Positions 40,573-49,316 of a stretch of DNA of 64,000 bases are shown here, piece after piece. Position 1 is the stretch's first letter. Every line of letters starts with the position of its first letter. The stretch is from contig JAFUBQ010000003.1 of NCBI GenBank assembly GCA_017460085.1, forward strand, positions 187,142-251,141. The letters run 5' to 3'. A program made the translations under genes and the position numbers. Below the pieces are notes generated by a model that did no database searches, had not been told where the DNA came from, and saw only the letters and a program-made list of their open reading frames with translations. The stretch comes from Alphaproteobacteria bacterium. Its GTDB lineage: Bacteria; Pseudomonadota; Alphaproteobacteria; RF32; CAG-239.

Positions 40573-41288
40573 TGGCAGAAGCAAAAGAACAAACATTAAT
40601 TGAGCATTTGGAAGAACTGCGGGCAGTATTAATTAGATGTCTGTTGGCCTTAGCCTGCGGTTTGGTGCCAATGTTTTTGCTTGCGCCATATGTTATGGAC
40701 GCACTGATAAATGTTATGATGGGAAAAAATGAAATTCAGCTCAATTTTTTTTCGCCGATGGAAGTTTTTATTTTGCAAATTAAAATGGCTTTGGTTTTGG
40801 ATATTCTGCTGTGTTTTCCTTATATGGCAAAGCAGATATGGAACTTCATTTTACCGGCGCTGTATGAGAATGAGCGTAATTTTATAAAATCTATCATTTT
40901 GGCATCAAGCGGGCTTTTTATAGTCGGTGTGTTATTTTGCTTGTTTTTTATTTTACCATCGCTCATTCGTTTCGGTATGAGCTTTGTTACTGAAAATATT
41001 CAGGCAATGTTTGGCATTGGCAATGTTATTTCTCTTGCTTTGTGGCTGTCATTGGTTTTTGGCATAATGTTCCAGTTTCCGCTTATTACATATGCCTTAA
41101 TACGTTCAGACATAGTGTCATATGAAACAATAAAATCTAAACGCACTTATATATTTGTCGGCATTTTGATTTTATCCGGCTTATTAACCCCGCCGGATAT
41201 TGTGAGCCAAATAATGTTGACAATTCCAACTTACAGCCTGTTTGAAATAGGCTTATTTTGCGGAAAAAAACAACGTAAAATTTATTAA
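40572..41288 (+). CDS. tatC: Twin-arginine translocase subunit TatC
   Basis: 238 aa with 6 TM segments. LIEHLEELR N-terminal motif. Start overlaps the tatA stop. Confidence 0.9.
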   Translation: MAEAKEQTLIEHLEELRAVLIRCLLALACGLVPMFLLAPYVMDALINVMMGKNEIQLNFFSPMEVFILQIKMALVLDILLCFPYMAKQIWNFILPALYENERNFIKSIILASSGLFIVGVLFCLFFILPSLIRFGMSFVTENIQAMFGIGNVISLALWLSLVFGIMFQFPLITYALIRSDIVSYETIKSKRTYIFVGILILSGLLTPPDIVSQIMLTIPTYSLFEIGLFCGKKQRKIY

Positions 41289-41312
41289 TAATGCGTTTTT
41301 TATAAAAGTTGA

Positions 41313-41341
41313 TTGACAAATTTTAAGCAAAGAAGTATAAG
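41313..41341 (+). promoter_or_regulatory. Near-consensus sigma70 promoter for the ORFan
   Basis: TTGACA-N17-TATAAG. Confidence 0.55.
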
Positions 41342-41382
41342 AGAAACGTAGATTCCTATTATTAACTAAAAAAATTACAATT

Positions 41383-41703
41383 ATGAAAAAGAAAATTTAT
41401 ATTGAGCCGTTGCGTGTGCATACGGCTACTGCAGACAAGCGAGTTAACTTGTTTGTACAAAAAGGTAAAGCGTTTTACGTTTGCTCAACACGGGTAAACG
41501 GCAAAGACACTAAAGAGGTAAAGCCACTTGCCATTCAGATGCCTGATGAAGTGGCCGCCGAGCTGAAAAAGTTGGCGAAGGTGAATGCCTCGTGTGTTTG
41601 GGTGGACTATGTGCCGCAGAAGTCGCGGCTTACGCCCAAGACCTATGAATTTATCTACAACTGCTGGGAGCAGATTGTAGCCGCAGAGCCTGACTGGTTC
41701 TGA
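41383..41703 (+). CDS. Hypothetical 106-aa protein (ORFan) with higher GC than its neighbours
   Basis: Clean ORF with its own promoter and terminator. No recognisable motifs. Confidence 0.4.
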   Translation: MKKKIYIEPLRVHTATADKRVNLFVQKGKAFYVCSTRVNGKDTKEVKPLAIQMPDEVAAELKKLAKVNASCVWVDYVPQKSRLTPKTYEFIYNCWEQIVAAEPDWF

Positions 41704-41714
41704 AATATAGAAAA

Positions 41715-41746
41715 AACCTTAGTGCATTTGCCCTAAGGTTTTTTTG
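41715..41746. terminator. Intrinsic terminator between the ORFan and the convergent S41 peptidase gene
   Basis: AACCTTAG-N10-CTAAGGTT followed by TTTTT, with an A-run on the other side. Confidence 0.65.
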
Positions 41747-41769
41747 TTGCTATACGTAATGCGAATCGG

Positions 41770-42831
41770 CTATTTTTGCAGCAAATCCAAAGCCGAAGAT
41801 ATATCTTCTTCATTGTCGGTGCGCGGTTGCGGAGCACATTCGTCGTGCATATCATATTCCGTGCAAATATCGGGCATAACTCCTTGTTCATGAATAATTC
41901 TACCCGACGGTGTAAAAAATTGCTCACCGGTCAAAACCAGCTTTCCACCATTGCTGATTTGAAATATATTCTGAATGGTGCCTTTTCCGAATGTTCGTGT
42001 GCCAACAATTTTGGCGCGTGATTGCTCTTGTAAACCGGCGGCCAAAACTTCCGCCGCCGAAGCTGTATTGCCGTCAACCAATATCACTAAAGGTTTTGTA
42101 AATATACATTCTTCTGAGGATGTATAATAATGCTTATTTTTACCTGCACGTCCTGCTGTTTGAGTGATAATTTCGTTTTCGGTAAAGAAATCTGCTGTTT
42201 TTAAGGCCTCGTCAAGCATACCTCCGCTATTGCCGCGTAGGTCTAATATTGCGCCGCTTACTTGTGGATTTTCTTTTAGTGCTCGCTCAACTTGTTTTGC
42301 TGTTTGCTTATTAAATATACGTATACGAATGTATAAAATATTATCGAGCAAGCGTTCGCTGAAATTGCGGTGGAATATAGGGGATTCGTTTTCTTCCGCA
42401 TAATCAAACTGTGAATAGTAGTGAGAATATTTATCTAGGCTCTGGGTAATTTTTTGCAGCATTAAATCAGGAAGTTCATAGTCATGCAATGCAAGGTTTG
42501 GAGAAATTTTTCCGGCGGCGATCAGTGTATCGGAAATATTTTCGCTCCAAGAGTTTATGTCATCTGTTTTTTGCGGAAACGGTAAAACTGCGGTAATTTT
42601 GCCGTTGTAATAAACATATATGCGGTCCGGACCTTTAGAAACCGTAAACTGCGGGTCAAAATTTTGCAAAATTTGCAGCCCGTCAGTAATAAGCTGCGCA
42701 TTATCCACTTCATACAAATATTCGCTATTAATTGTTGTTAGCATTTCATTGAGCAACTGGGTATCCACTTTCATGGCATGTGCTGTTAAGGCGTAGTTGC
42801 AAAAAAGTAAAGCAAGTAATATTTTTTTCAT
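41770..42831 (-). CDS. S41-family C-terminal processing peptidase
   Basis: Signal peptide MKKILLALLF.... Family motifs LDLRGNSGG and TFGKGTIQ. The track ORF is extended upstream. Confidence 0.8.
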   Translation of the reverse strand: MKKILLALLFCNYALTAHAMKVDTQLLNEMLTTINSEYLYEVDNAQLITDGLQILQNFDPQFTVSKGPDRIYVYYNGKITAVLPFPQKTDDINSWSENISDTLIAAGKISPNLALHDYELPDLMLQKITQSLDKYSHYYSQFDYAEENESPIFHRNFSERLLDNILYIRIRIFNKQTAKQVERALKENPQVSGAILDLRGNSGGMLDEALKTADFFTENEIITQTAGRAGKNKHYYTSSEECIFTKPLVILVDGNTASAAEVLAAGLQEQSRAKIVGTRTFGKGTIQNIFQISNGGKLVLTGEQFFTPSGRIIHEQGVMPDICTEYDMHDECAPQPRTDNEEDISSALDLLQK

Positions 42832-42835
42832 TTTA

Positions 42836-43630
42836 TTAATCCTTAAACGAGGCCCAAAGCGCCGTGTGATCGGACGATTTTTCCTGTTGGCGCAAATCAC
42901 GTTCTACATGGCAATTTTCTAATTTATCGGTTACTGCAGGCGAGGTAAATATGTAATCTATTCTTAAACCTAAATCATTGGTAAAAGCTGTTGTTCCATA
43001 GTCCCAATATGTGTAGCCTGATGCTTTAGGATATAGTTGGCGAAAAGCATCGGTATAGCCGATAAATTGTAAACGATTTATTTTATTCCAAACTTCGGGA
43101 CGATAAAGCGCTCCTCCAGCAAAAAGTTCGGGATTATATACATCAAGCGGAGATAACATAACATTAAAGTCACCGCATATAACAACGTTTTGCCCGCTTT
43201 TAAGCAAATTTTCCGCATGTTGCAAAAATGCATCAAGCCAAGATAATTTATAGCTGAAGCGAGATGTGTCTTGAGGTGATGTTGCCGGTGGATTGCCGTT
43301 TGGAACATATACGGATGCAAAAATATATTTTTGCCCGCTAATCAGTGCTTCAACTTCCAAATAGCGTGCCTGTTCATCAGTAAATTGCGGCAAATTTTCC
43401 TGCCTTGTTTGCAGTGGTTGACGGCTTAAAACCGCTACACCGTTATAACTTTTTTGCCCCAAAATTTTTGCCTCATATCCGGCCATTTGCAAATCTAAAA
43501 AAGGAAAATTATTAAATTCACATTTAATTTCTTGCAGCAAAACAACATCGGGGTTGTTTTTTTGCAACCAAGATGTTAATTGCGGCAAACGGGCATTAAT
43601 TGAATTTATGTTTAAGGTGGCAATTTTCAT
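42836..43630 (-). CDS. xth: Exodeoxyribonuclease III
   Basis: MKIATLNINS... EEP nuclease motifs; 264 aa. Confidence 0.9.
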   Translation of the reverse strand: MKIATLNINSINARLPQLTSWLQKNNPDVVLLQEIKCEFNNFPFLDLQMAGYEAKILGQKSYNGVAVLSRQPLQTRQENLPQFTDEQARYLEVEALISGQKYIFASVYVPNGNPPATSPQDTSRFSYKLSWLDAFLQHAENLLKSGQNVVICGDFNVMLSPLDVYNPELFAGGALYRPEVWNKINRLQFIGYTDAFRQLYPKASGYTYWDYGTTAFTNDLGLRIDYIFTSPAVTDKLENCHVERDLRQQEKSSDHTALWASFKD

Positions 43631-43755
43631 TTGTTATATCCTTTTAGCCTATTATAAAAATATTTTTATGAAATAAAAGATTTTTTTTGCATCGTTAAGC
43701 TATTTTAAAACATTATCGTTTAAGCTTAAAATGTAAATTTGTATGAGAGGCTGTT

Positions 43756-44622
43756 ATGTATCAAGATTTTTTTAATCGCAACGACGATTATTTAGATGAG
43801 TTTCGGCAAAAGGTGGCGCAGCAAAAAATTGCAACAATTGAAGAACGTCGCTCGGAGCTGGCGCGGTCGCGTAATAATTTTTTAGGCACATTTGCCGGCA
43901 TTGCCTTGGCCGCAGTTGTCGGTTGGTTTATTCTTTCGCCGCAATATATTGAAAAAAGCAAAGAAATTCCGACTATTCGCCGTCCGCAAACAGCCGTGAA
44001 AATTAAGCCGGAAAATCCGGGAGGAATGGAAATTCCGAATCAAGATAAAGATGTATATAATTTAGTTGACAAGAAAAATGTTGATAACACGGTGGTTGAA
44101 AATTTACTTCCGGCTCCGGAAAAACCAAAGCTTCCGGATATTGTGCCGGAGGTGACGGATATTGACCCTAATGCCGGCAATTTAGATGAAATTGTAGACG
44201 AAGTAACAGAGCCGGAATCCACTGTTGCCAGTGTTCAGGAAAAACCGCAAGACGTGTTAGAAACACCTGCTAAAGAGCAAAAAATACAAACTAAATCGGC
44301 TGAAGTAAAAACAAATGAAGTTAAAACAAATATTGAAGAAAAGCCGAAAGAAGTTGAAAAATTGGCACAAAACGGAAAATGGCAAATTCAGCTTATTGCC
44401 TCCAAAAACAAAGATGCCGTGGCAAAAACATGGACAACATTGTCGGTAAAATATGCTGATTTGCAGAAATATGGCCACGAAATTCAAACAACTGATTTAG
44501 GGGCGCAAGGCATTTTTTATCGTTTGCGTGCCGGCAGTTTTGCCACTCGCGATGAAGCGGCAAAAGCCTGCACAGCCCTTAAAGCAAAGGGTTTGCAAGA
44601 TTGCATTGTTAAAGAACGATAG
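43756..44622 (+). CDS. SPOR-domain cell-division/peptidoglycan-binding protein
   Basis: N-terminal TM, a low-complexity linker, and a C-terminal SPOR domain (WQIQLIASKNKDAV...YRLRAGSFATRDEA). Confidence 0.7.
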   Translation: MYQDFFNRNDDYLDEFRQKVAQQKIATIEERRSELARSRNNFLGTFAGIALAAVVGWFILSPQYIEKSKEIPTIRRPQTAVKIKPENPGGMEIPNQDKDVYNLVDKKNVDNTVVENLLPAPEKPKLPDIVPEVTDIDPNAGNLDEIVDEVTEPESTVASVQEKPQDVLETPAKEQKIQTKSAEVKTNEVKTNIEEKPKEVEKLAQNGKWQIQLIASKNKDAVAKTWTTLSVKYADLQKYGHEIQTTDLGAQGIFYRLRAGSFATRDEAAKACTALKAKGLQDCIVKER

Positions 44623-44630
44623 GCTGCCAA

Positions 44631-45686
44631 ATGAAACCGATTTTACCGGCATTTTTATCGGTGCAGGGAGCTGAGCTTTCAGAAGGCGAAAAGCATTTAT
44701 TGGCTAAATATAATCCTTTGGGCGTGTGCATGTTTGCCATTGGCTGTGCTAATGTGCAAAACAAAGGGCAATTACAACAGCTGACAAAGCAAATTAAAGA
44801 AACAATCGGCCGTGACAATGTTTTGATTGCCGTTGACCAAGAAGGCGGCAGAGTGCGGCGTTTGACAGAGCCGGAATGGACGCCGGTGGCATCTCAAGCG
44901 CAAATAAAATCGGTTGAAACGGCGGTTTTGCATGCAAAATTAATTAGCCGTGATTTGAAACAATGCGGCATAAATGTTAATTTTGCGCCGGTTTTAGATG
45001 TTTTATATCCCGAAACAAATGCTGTTTTAAAAAGCCGTTGTTTTAACGGAACCCCCGAAAAAGTTGCTAAATGGGGTGCGGCTATGGTAAAAACATATGA
45101 AAAATGCGGCATTTGCCCTTGTGTTAAACATTTGCCGGGGCATGGGCGCGGTTTGGTTGACCCGCATTTGCAACTGCCTATAATTGATGCAACGCTTGCA
45201 GAATTAGCCACAGATTTTTATCCGTTTGAGCAATTGAAAAATGCGCCGATGGGTATGGCTGCCCACATCATTTTGAAAGCTGTTGATACAAAAAATCCGG
45301 CCACATGTTCCGCCAAAGTTATTAAAAATATCATTCGGCAGAAAATTGGCTTCGGCGGTTTTTTGGTATCTGATGCCATTGTTATGCGGTCATTAAAAGG
45401 TTCGATTATTGAGCGAGCACAAAAATGTTTGGCTGCCGGTTGTGATGCCGTTTGCTTAGGAAATGCAGATTTTGCCGCCAACGAGGCTCTATGCGAAAGC
45501 GGTATAACTTTAAGCGAGGAGGCATTAGAACGGTTGCAAAAGGTAGAAAAAATTATTGCGCGCCCATTGCCAAGGGCAAATTATGAATATTTGCAAAATA
45601 AATATTGTCGTCGCCTAAAAAATATTATATCTTACAACAGTGAATATGATGCGACGGAAGTCTTAAGCCGTTTGCGTAAAAAATAA
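44631..45686 (+). CDS. nagZ: Beta-N-acetylhexosaminidase (GH3)
   Basis: IAVDQEGGRVRRL and KHLPGHG motifs. Confidence 0.85.
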   Translation: MKPILPAFLSVQGAELSEGEKHLLAKYNPLGVCMFAIGCANVQNKGQLQQLTKQIKETIGRDNVLIAVDQEGGRVRRLTEPEWTPVASQAQIKSVETAVLHAKLISRDLKQCGINVNFAPVLDVLYPETNAVLKSRCFNGTPEKVAKWGAAMVKTYEKCGICPCVKHLPGHGRGLVDPHLQLPIIDATLAELATDFYPFEQLKNAPMGMAAHIILKAVDTKNPATCSAKVIKNIIRQKIGFGGFLVSDAIVMRSLKGSIIERAQKCLAAGCDAVCLGNADFAANEALCESGITLSEEALERLQKVEKIIARPLPRANYEYLQNKYCRRLKNIISYNSEYDATEVLSRLRKK

Positions 45687-45700
45687 TAAAGGAGATAAAA

Positions 45701-46072
45701 ATGTTCGGATGGATATTGGTCATTATCGTTGTATTAGCAATTTTCAATGCTGAAAGATTGCCGGCTTTAAGGCAGCAATTAGAAGAAAAATTAAAAGGCA
45801 GCGTGGTTGCGGCTAAAGAAGGTTCTAAATTAGCTAAAGATAAAATTCAAAAAGTTAAAACCGATATTGAAAATAAAAAAACAACCGTTGCTCAAGCAGA
45901 AGCAGAAGAAAATACACCGGAAGAAATTGCCGAATCGATGGAATTTATGGGTACATTTGTGCAGGAACACGAAAATAAAAAATCGGCAAAATCACAACCT
46001 AAAAAAACTGAAAAAAAAGTTGAAACAGAAGAAAAACAAGATTCTGCTGACGATGGTAAAGTTACTTTGTAG
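45701..46072 (+). CDS. TatA/TatB-like protein, divergent (hinge Gly replaced)
   Basis: N-terminal TM helix followed by NAERLPAL, an amphipathic helix and a K/E tail. It lacks the canonical FG(P/T)K hinge. Confidence 0.4.
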   Translation: MFGWILVIIVVLAIFNAERLPALRQQLEEKLKGSVVAAKEGSKLAKDKIQKVKTDIENKKTTVAQAEAEENTPEEIAESMEFMGTFVQEHENKKSAKSQPKKTEKKVETEEKQDSADDGKVTL

Positions 46073-46105
46073 ATTTTGGCTGCAGTTGCAAAAATGTAAA
46101 AAAAA

Positions 46106-46146
46106 ACATCCCTTATGCATTGGTTTGCATAGGGGATGTTCTTTTA
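46106..46146. terminator. Bidirectional intrinsic terminator
   Basis: ACATCCCTTATGCA-N6-TGCATAGGGGATGT (14-bp stem), with A-rich and T-rich flanks. Confidence 0.7.
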
Positions 46147-46154
46147 TATATCTG

Positions 46155-46379
46155 CTACTTGCCGAAAATCAGCGTTAGCAGAACTATTGAACATAGCGCC
46201 GGAAAAATCCAAGCTGCTATGCCGACTCCAAAGAGCCCCAATAAACTTGGTGCGCCAAAGCTTACTATTAAGCTTAAGATACCAAGCCAAAACCCGGTAG
46301 CGAAATCAATTTTGATTGTACCGGCAACAAAGATTCCAATGGCGATGAGCCATGGGATACATGTTATAATATTTTCCAT
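46155..46379 (-). CDS. GlsB/YeaQ/YmgE-family small stress membrane protein
   Basis: 74 aa with two TM segments, glycine-zipper-rich. Confidence 0.55.
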   Translation of the reverse strand: MENIITCIPWLIAIGIFVAGTIKIDFATGFWLGILSLIVSFGAPSLLGLFGVGIAAWIFPALCSIVLLTLIFGK

Positions 46380-46493
46380 AATCCTTATTTTTTATACTTA
46401 TATTGTAGTGCAATTAGCGGTTAGAAGCAAGCATTTTTTATAAATCTGCGAAAATTTGCGCTATAAGCGGTTTATTATGTGCATTTGGTAACT

Positions 46494-47012
46494 TTATATT
46501 TTTAAAACAATACCGATGCATGCGCTTAATATAATATAAACAACAGCATTTTTATTATAGAAGTGCATAGCAGATATGAAAAAAACAAACAATGCAACGG
46601 AAATCGCATTGAAGGAGATTTCTTTTGCCACTGCCCCTGCAGCAAATAAAATCAGCGCTAAAACCGCCGGCTTTATACCATTTAAAACCATCTGCACATA
46701 TTTATTTTCGTGCCACTTGTTCAGCAGACGGACAATAATATAAATAATCAGCATAGACGGCAATGCTTCGCACAGCGGCGCTAATATGCCTCCGCCTAAA
46801 TTTGCGGCATAAAAACCGGCATACGCCGCCATATTAATTCCAACCGGCCCCGGCAAAGAACCAGCTATGGCAATTATATCGGTCAATTCCTGATTATTGA
46901 ACCATCCATATTGTTCAGCCAAATCAAACAAAAAAGGCACGGTTACCAAACCACCGCCAATGGCAAACAACCCGATTTTTAAAAAGGCCCAAGCTACTAA
47001 TAAGTAAATCAC
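46494..47012 (-). CDS. chrA: Chromate transporter ChrA, C-terminal half (split form)
   Basis: ChrA repeat motif FGGGL.TVP.L. Confidence 0.75.
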   Translation of the reverse strand: MIYLLVAWAFLKIGLFAIGGGLVTVPFLFDLAEQYGWFNNQELTDIIAIAGSLPGPVGINMAAYAGFYAANLGGGILAPLCEALPSMLIIYIIVRLLNKWHENKYVQMVLNGIKPAVLALILFAAGAVAKEISFNAISVALFVFFISAMHFYNKNAVVYIILSACIGIVLKI

Positions 47013-47563
47013 GGCTTTTTTCTCCGAGAATAGTTCGGAATAAATGCCGCTATTGCGGCCAGCAAAACAACAGATATTGCCGATAAATTGAAAACAAACA
47101 GCAATATAGCCGCTCCTGCAAAAACAATGTAGCCGCGCACGTTTTTAATGCTGCTTTGCCACATATTCCAAACCGTGTTCACAATCAGGGCCAAAACACA
47201 TATGCGAATACCACCGAATGCCTGTTGCACATACACATTTTCCATATATTGATTAAGAATTGTTGCAACTAATAAAATTAAAGAAACGGAAGGGGTAATC
47301 AACCCTAATGTTGCGCAAATTAAACCGGCTAGCCCACGCAGCTTATACCCGATAAACGAAGCCGCATTAACCGCAATAATTCCGGGTGTGCATTGACCTA
47401 TTGCGTAATAATTTAGTAAATCTTCTTCTGTTGCCCAATGCCTTTTTTCAACAACTTCACTTTGCAGCAACGGTAACATAGCATAACCGCCGCCGAAAGT
47501 AAAAAGCCCCATTTTAAAAAACGTAAAAAAAATCTGCAGAAAAGTTACTTTATTCGTGTTCAT
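47009..47563 (-). CDS. chrA: Chromate transporter ChrA, N-terminal half (split form)
   Basis: FTFGGGYAMLPLL motif. 4-nt overlap with the partner half. Confidence 0.75.
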   Translation of the reverse strand: MNTNKVTFLQIFFTFFKMGLFTFGGGYAMLPLLQSEVVEKRHWATEEDLLNYYAIGQCTPGIIAVNAASFIGYKLRGLAGLICATLGLITPSVSLILLVATILNQYMENVYVQQAFGGIRICVLALIVNTVWNMWQSSIKNVRGYIVFAGAAILLFVFNLSAISVVLLAAIAAFIPNYSRRKKP

Positions 47564-48194
47564 ACGTCAATTTTTCCGCTGTTAACAGTTTTTCTTTTTG
47601 CAAATAGTCATAAACTTCTTCCGCAATCATCTTATGACCGATTTCATTTGGGTGTATGGCATCAAAATACAGCTTTTCCAAATCTCGCCGTTGCCACCGC
47701 GGATAGCGGGCAAAAAATTTAATTTGTCGCTCGGCGCAAATTTTGCTAATTTGTTTATTATAATCTTCAACATCGGAATTGCGGCGGATTAATGTTGCTT
47801 GCGGTGCATAGCGTTTTTCTATTATCGGCAACAAATCCGTTACCACAATTTGTGCACCGGTTAATGATAAAATATCTAGAAGTTTATTCCAATACATTTC
47901 TCGTGCGCCGGCAGAAAAATCAAGTTCCAAATTACACATTTTGCGCCGCCGTAGGTCATTTATGCCGGTTGAAACCAATAATAAATCAAATTTGCGCGAC
48001 AAAACCTCACTCGTTGCCCGAAAAGCGGTATCGGCAATATTATCCCCTGCTTGCGATAAATTATTAAAAAAATATGCTTCGGAATAATTGCATAAAATCT
48101 GCTTTCCTAAGCGTGCAAACCAGCCTAAATCTTCATGGTCAAAAAAACCATGGCCGATACTGTCACCAATTAAACCGACTATTTTTGCCATCAA
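47550..48194 (-). CDS. SGNH/GDSL-family hydrolase
   Basis: GDSIGHG block I, with Asp/His near the C-terminus. Confidence 0.65.
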   Translation of the reverse strand: MMAKIVGLIGDSIGHGFFDHEDLGWFARLGKQILCNYSEAYFFNNLSQAGDNIADTAFRATSEVLSRKFDLLLVSTGINDLRRRKMCNLELDFSAGAREMYWNKLLDILSLTGAQIVVTDLLPIIEKRYAPQATLIRRNSDVEDYNKQISKICAERQIKFFARYPRWQRRDLEKLYFDAIHPNEIGHKMIAEEVYDYLQKEKLLTAEKLTYEHE

Positions 48195-48230
48195 TATTTC
48201 CTTTCTTTATATAAATAGCGTCAAAAAGGC

Positions 48231-48842
48231 TTAATTCAATGATAACTTACTATATCCGTATCGCCAAATTAAATTAAACAAAGCCAAATAGAATAATGTT
48301 TCTGCCATTTCTTCCATAATTTCATTATCAATCGGCTTTTCTGCCAATAAGGCTAAGATAACCCCTGCAGCTAAAAACAAAAATTCCCAAACAAAAATCG
48401 GAGCCTTTTTTATGTATTGCCATAAAGATTTATAAACTTTATACCATAAAAAATAAACGAGAGTAAATATTGCAAATAAATTACGTCCCCAATATAAGAC
48501 CAACCCATACGGAATATCTTTCCATTTGCTCTCTTGCGGCAAATTGTAATATGAGCAAAGCCAATGCCGCCCCGTGCTAATTTCACGAAAAACAATTAAA
48601 ATTATCACCAATGCAAAAAACCTAAACAGAGTTTTATCGCGTGGTGCAAACCACGCTGCGGCAAAACAGCAAAAACAAATTGCAAGCTGAATATTTTCAA
48701 CTATGCCATCTTCAAAAAACCATTGCGGATTGGCATATTTTATTGCCGGATATACAGACAACAAAATTAACATTTGTAAAAACGTAAAAGCATTTGCTTG
48801 CCAATTAAGTCTTTCAAACAGGCTTTTTATAATATTTGTCAT
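48231..48842 (-). CDS. Hypothetical polytopic membrane protein (paralogue of 27034..27657)
   Basis: Shares FFEDGIVENIQL, ...FREIS..., and ...EEMAETLFYL motifs with the gene at 27034. Confidence 0.4.
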   Translation of the reverse strand: MTNIIKSLFERLNWQANAFTFLQMLILLSVYPAIKYANPQWFFEDGIVENIQLAICFCCFAAAWFAPRDKTLFRFFALVIILIVFREISTGRHWLCSYYNLPQESKWKDIPYGLVLYWGRNLFAIFTLVYFLWYKVYKSLWQYIKKAPIFVWEFLFLAAGVILALLAEKPIDNEIMEEMAETLFYLALFNLIWRYGYSKLSLN

Positions 48843-48853
48843 AATCTAAATCC

Positions 48854-49315
48854 TTAGTAGTTGTAGTCTGCAAACGGTACTGTATCGCTTGGTTTTTGCG
48901 GTTTATATACAAAGATATTTGTCACTGTCGGAATATTATATTTGCGGTGCCAATAACCCTTCTTTTCCATACATAAACGATATGCTTTAGGGTCAGAACG
49001 TGCCGAATCTCGAATTGAATTAACCATTATCGGCGAAGCGCCGCGATATGGAACATAGCTGGCCCAAATTCCTTTTTCTTTGTGCCAATCAACATGAATA
49101 TCATAACGATATTCTTCTGAATAGAACCAATTGGAAAAATCTGGAATATAAAACCAGCCTTCAGCCTCACGCAAGCATTCTGAATGGTCACGCGAAAACT
49201 TAGCAACACCGGTGTTTTCTTTTTCCCAATTATAAATAACTTGTCCTTTTCCTTTTGAACAAGCGCTTAAAATTGAAACAGCACATAACAAAAAAACGTA
49301 AAAAATATTTTTCAT
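48854..49315 (-). CDS. Hypothetical lipoprotein
   Basis: MKNIFYVFLLCAVSILSACS lipobox. The track ORF is extended upstream. Confidence 0.45.
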   Translation of the reverse strand: MKNIFYVFLLCAVSILSACSKGKGQVIYNWEKENTGVAKFSRDHSECLREAEGWFYIPDFSNWFYSEEYRYDIHVDWHKEKGIWASYVPYRGASPIMVNSIRDSARSDPKAYRLCMEKKGYWHRKYNIPTVTNIFVYKPQKPSDTVPFADYNY

Positions 49316-49316
49316 C

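Noticed and set aside
40287-40596. Minus-strand ORFs overlapping tatA (40287..40592, 40384..40596)
   Set aside because: They are antisense to a canonical tatA with a strong RBS. They are Phe/Cys-rich junk frames.
45867-46178. K-rich 103-aa ORF in an alternate frame of the tatB-like gene
   Set aside because: It is a frame-shifted reading of the lysine-rich tail region. No independent support.
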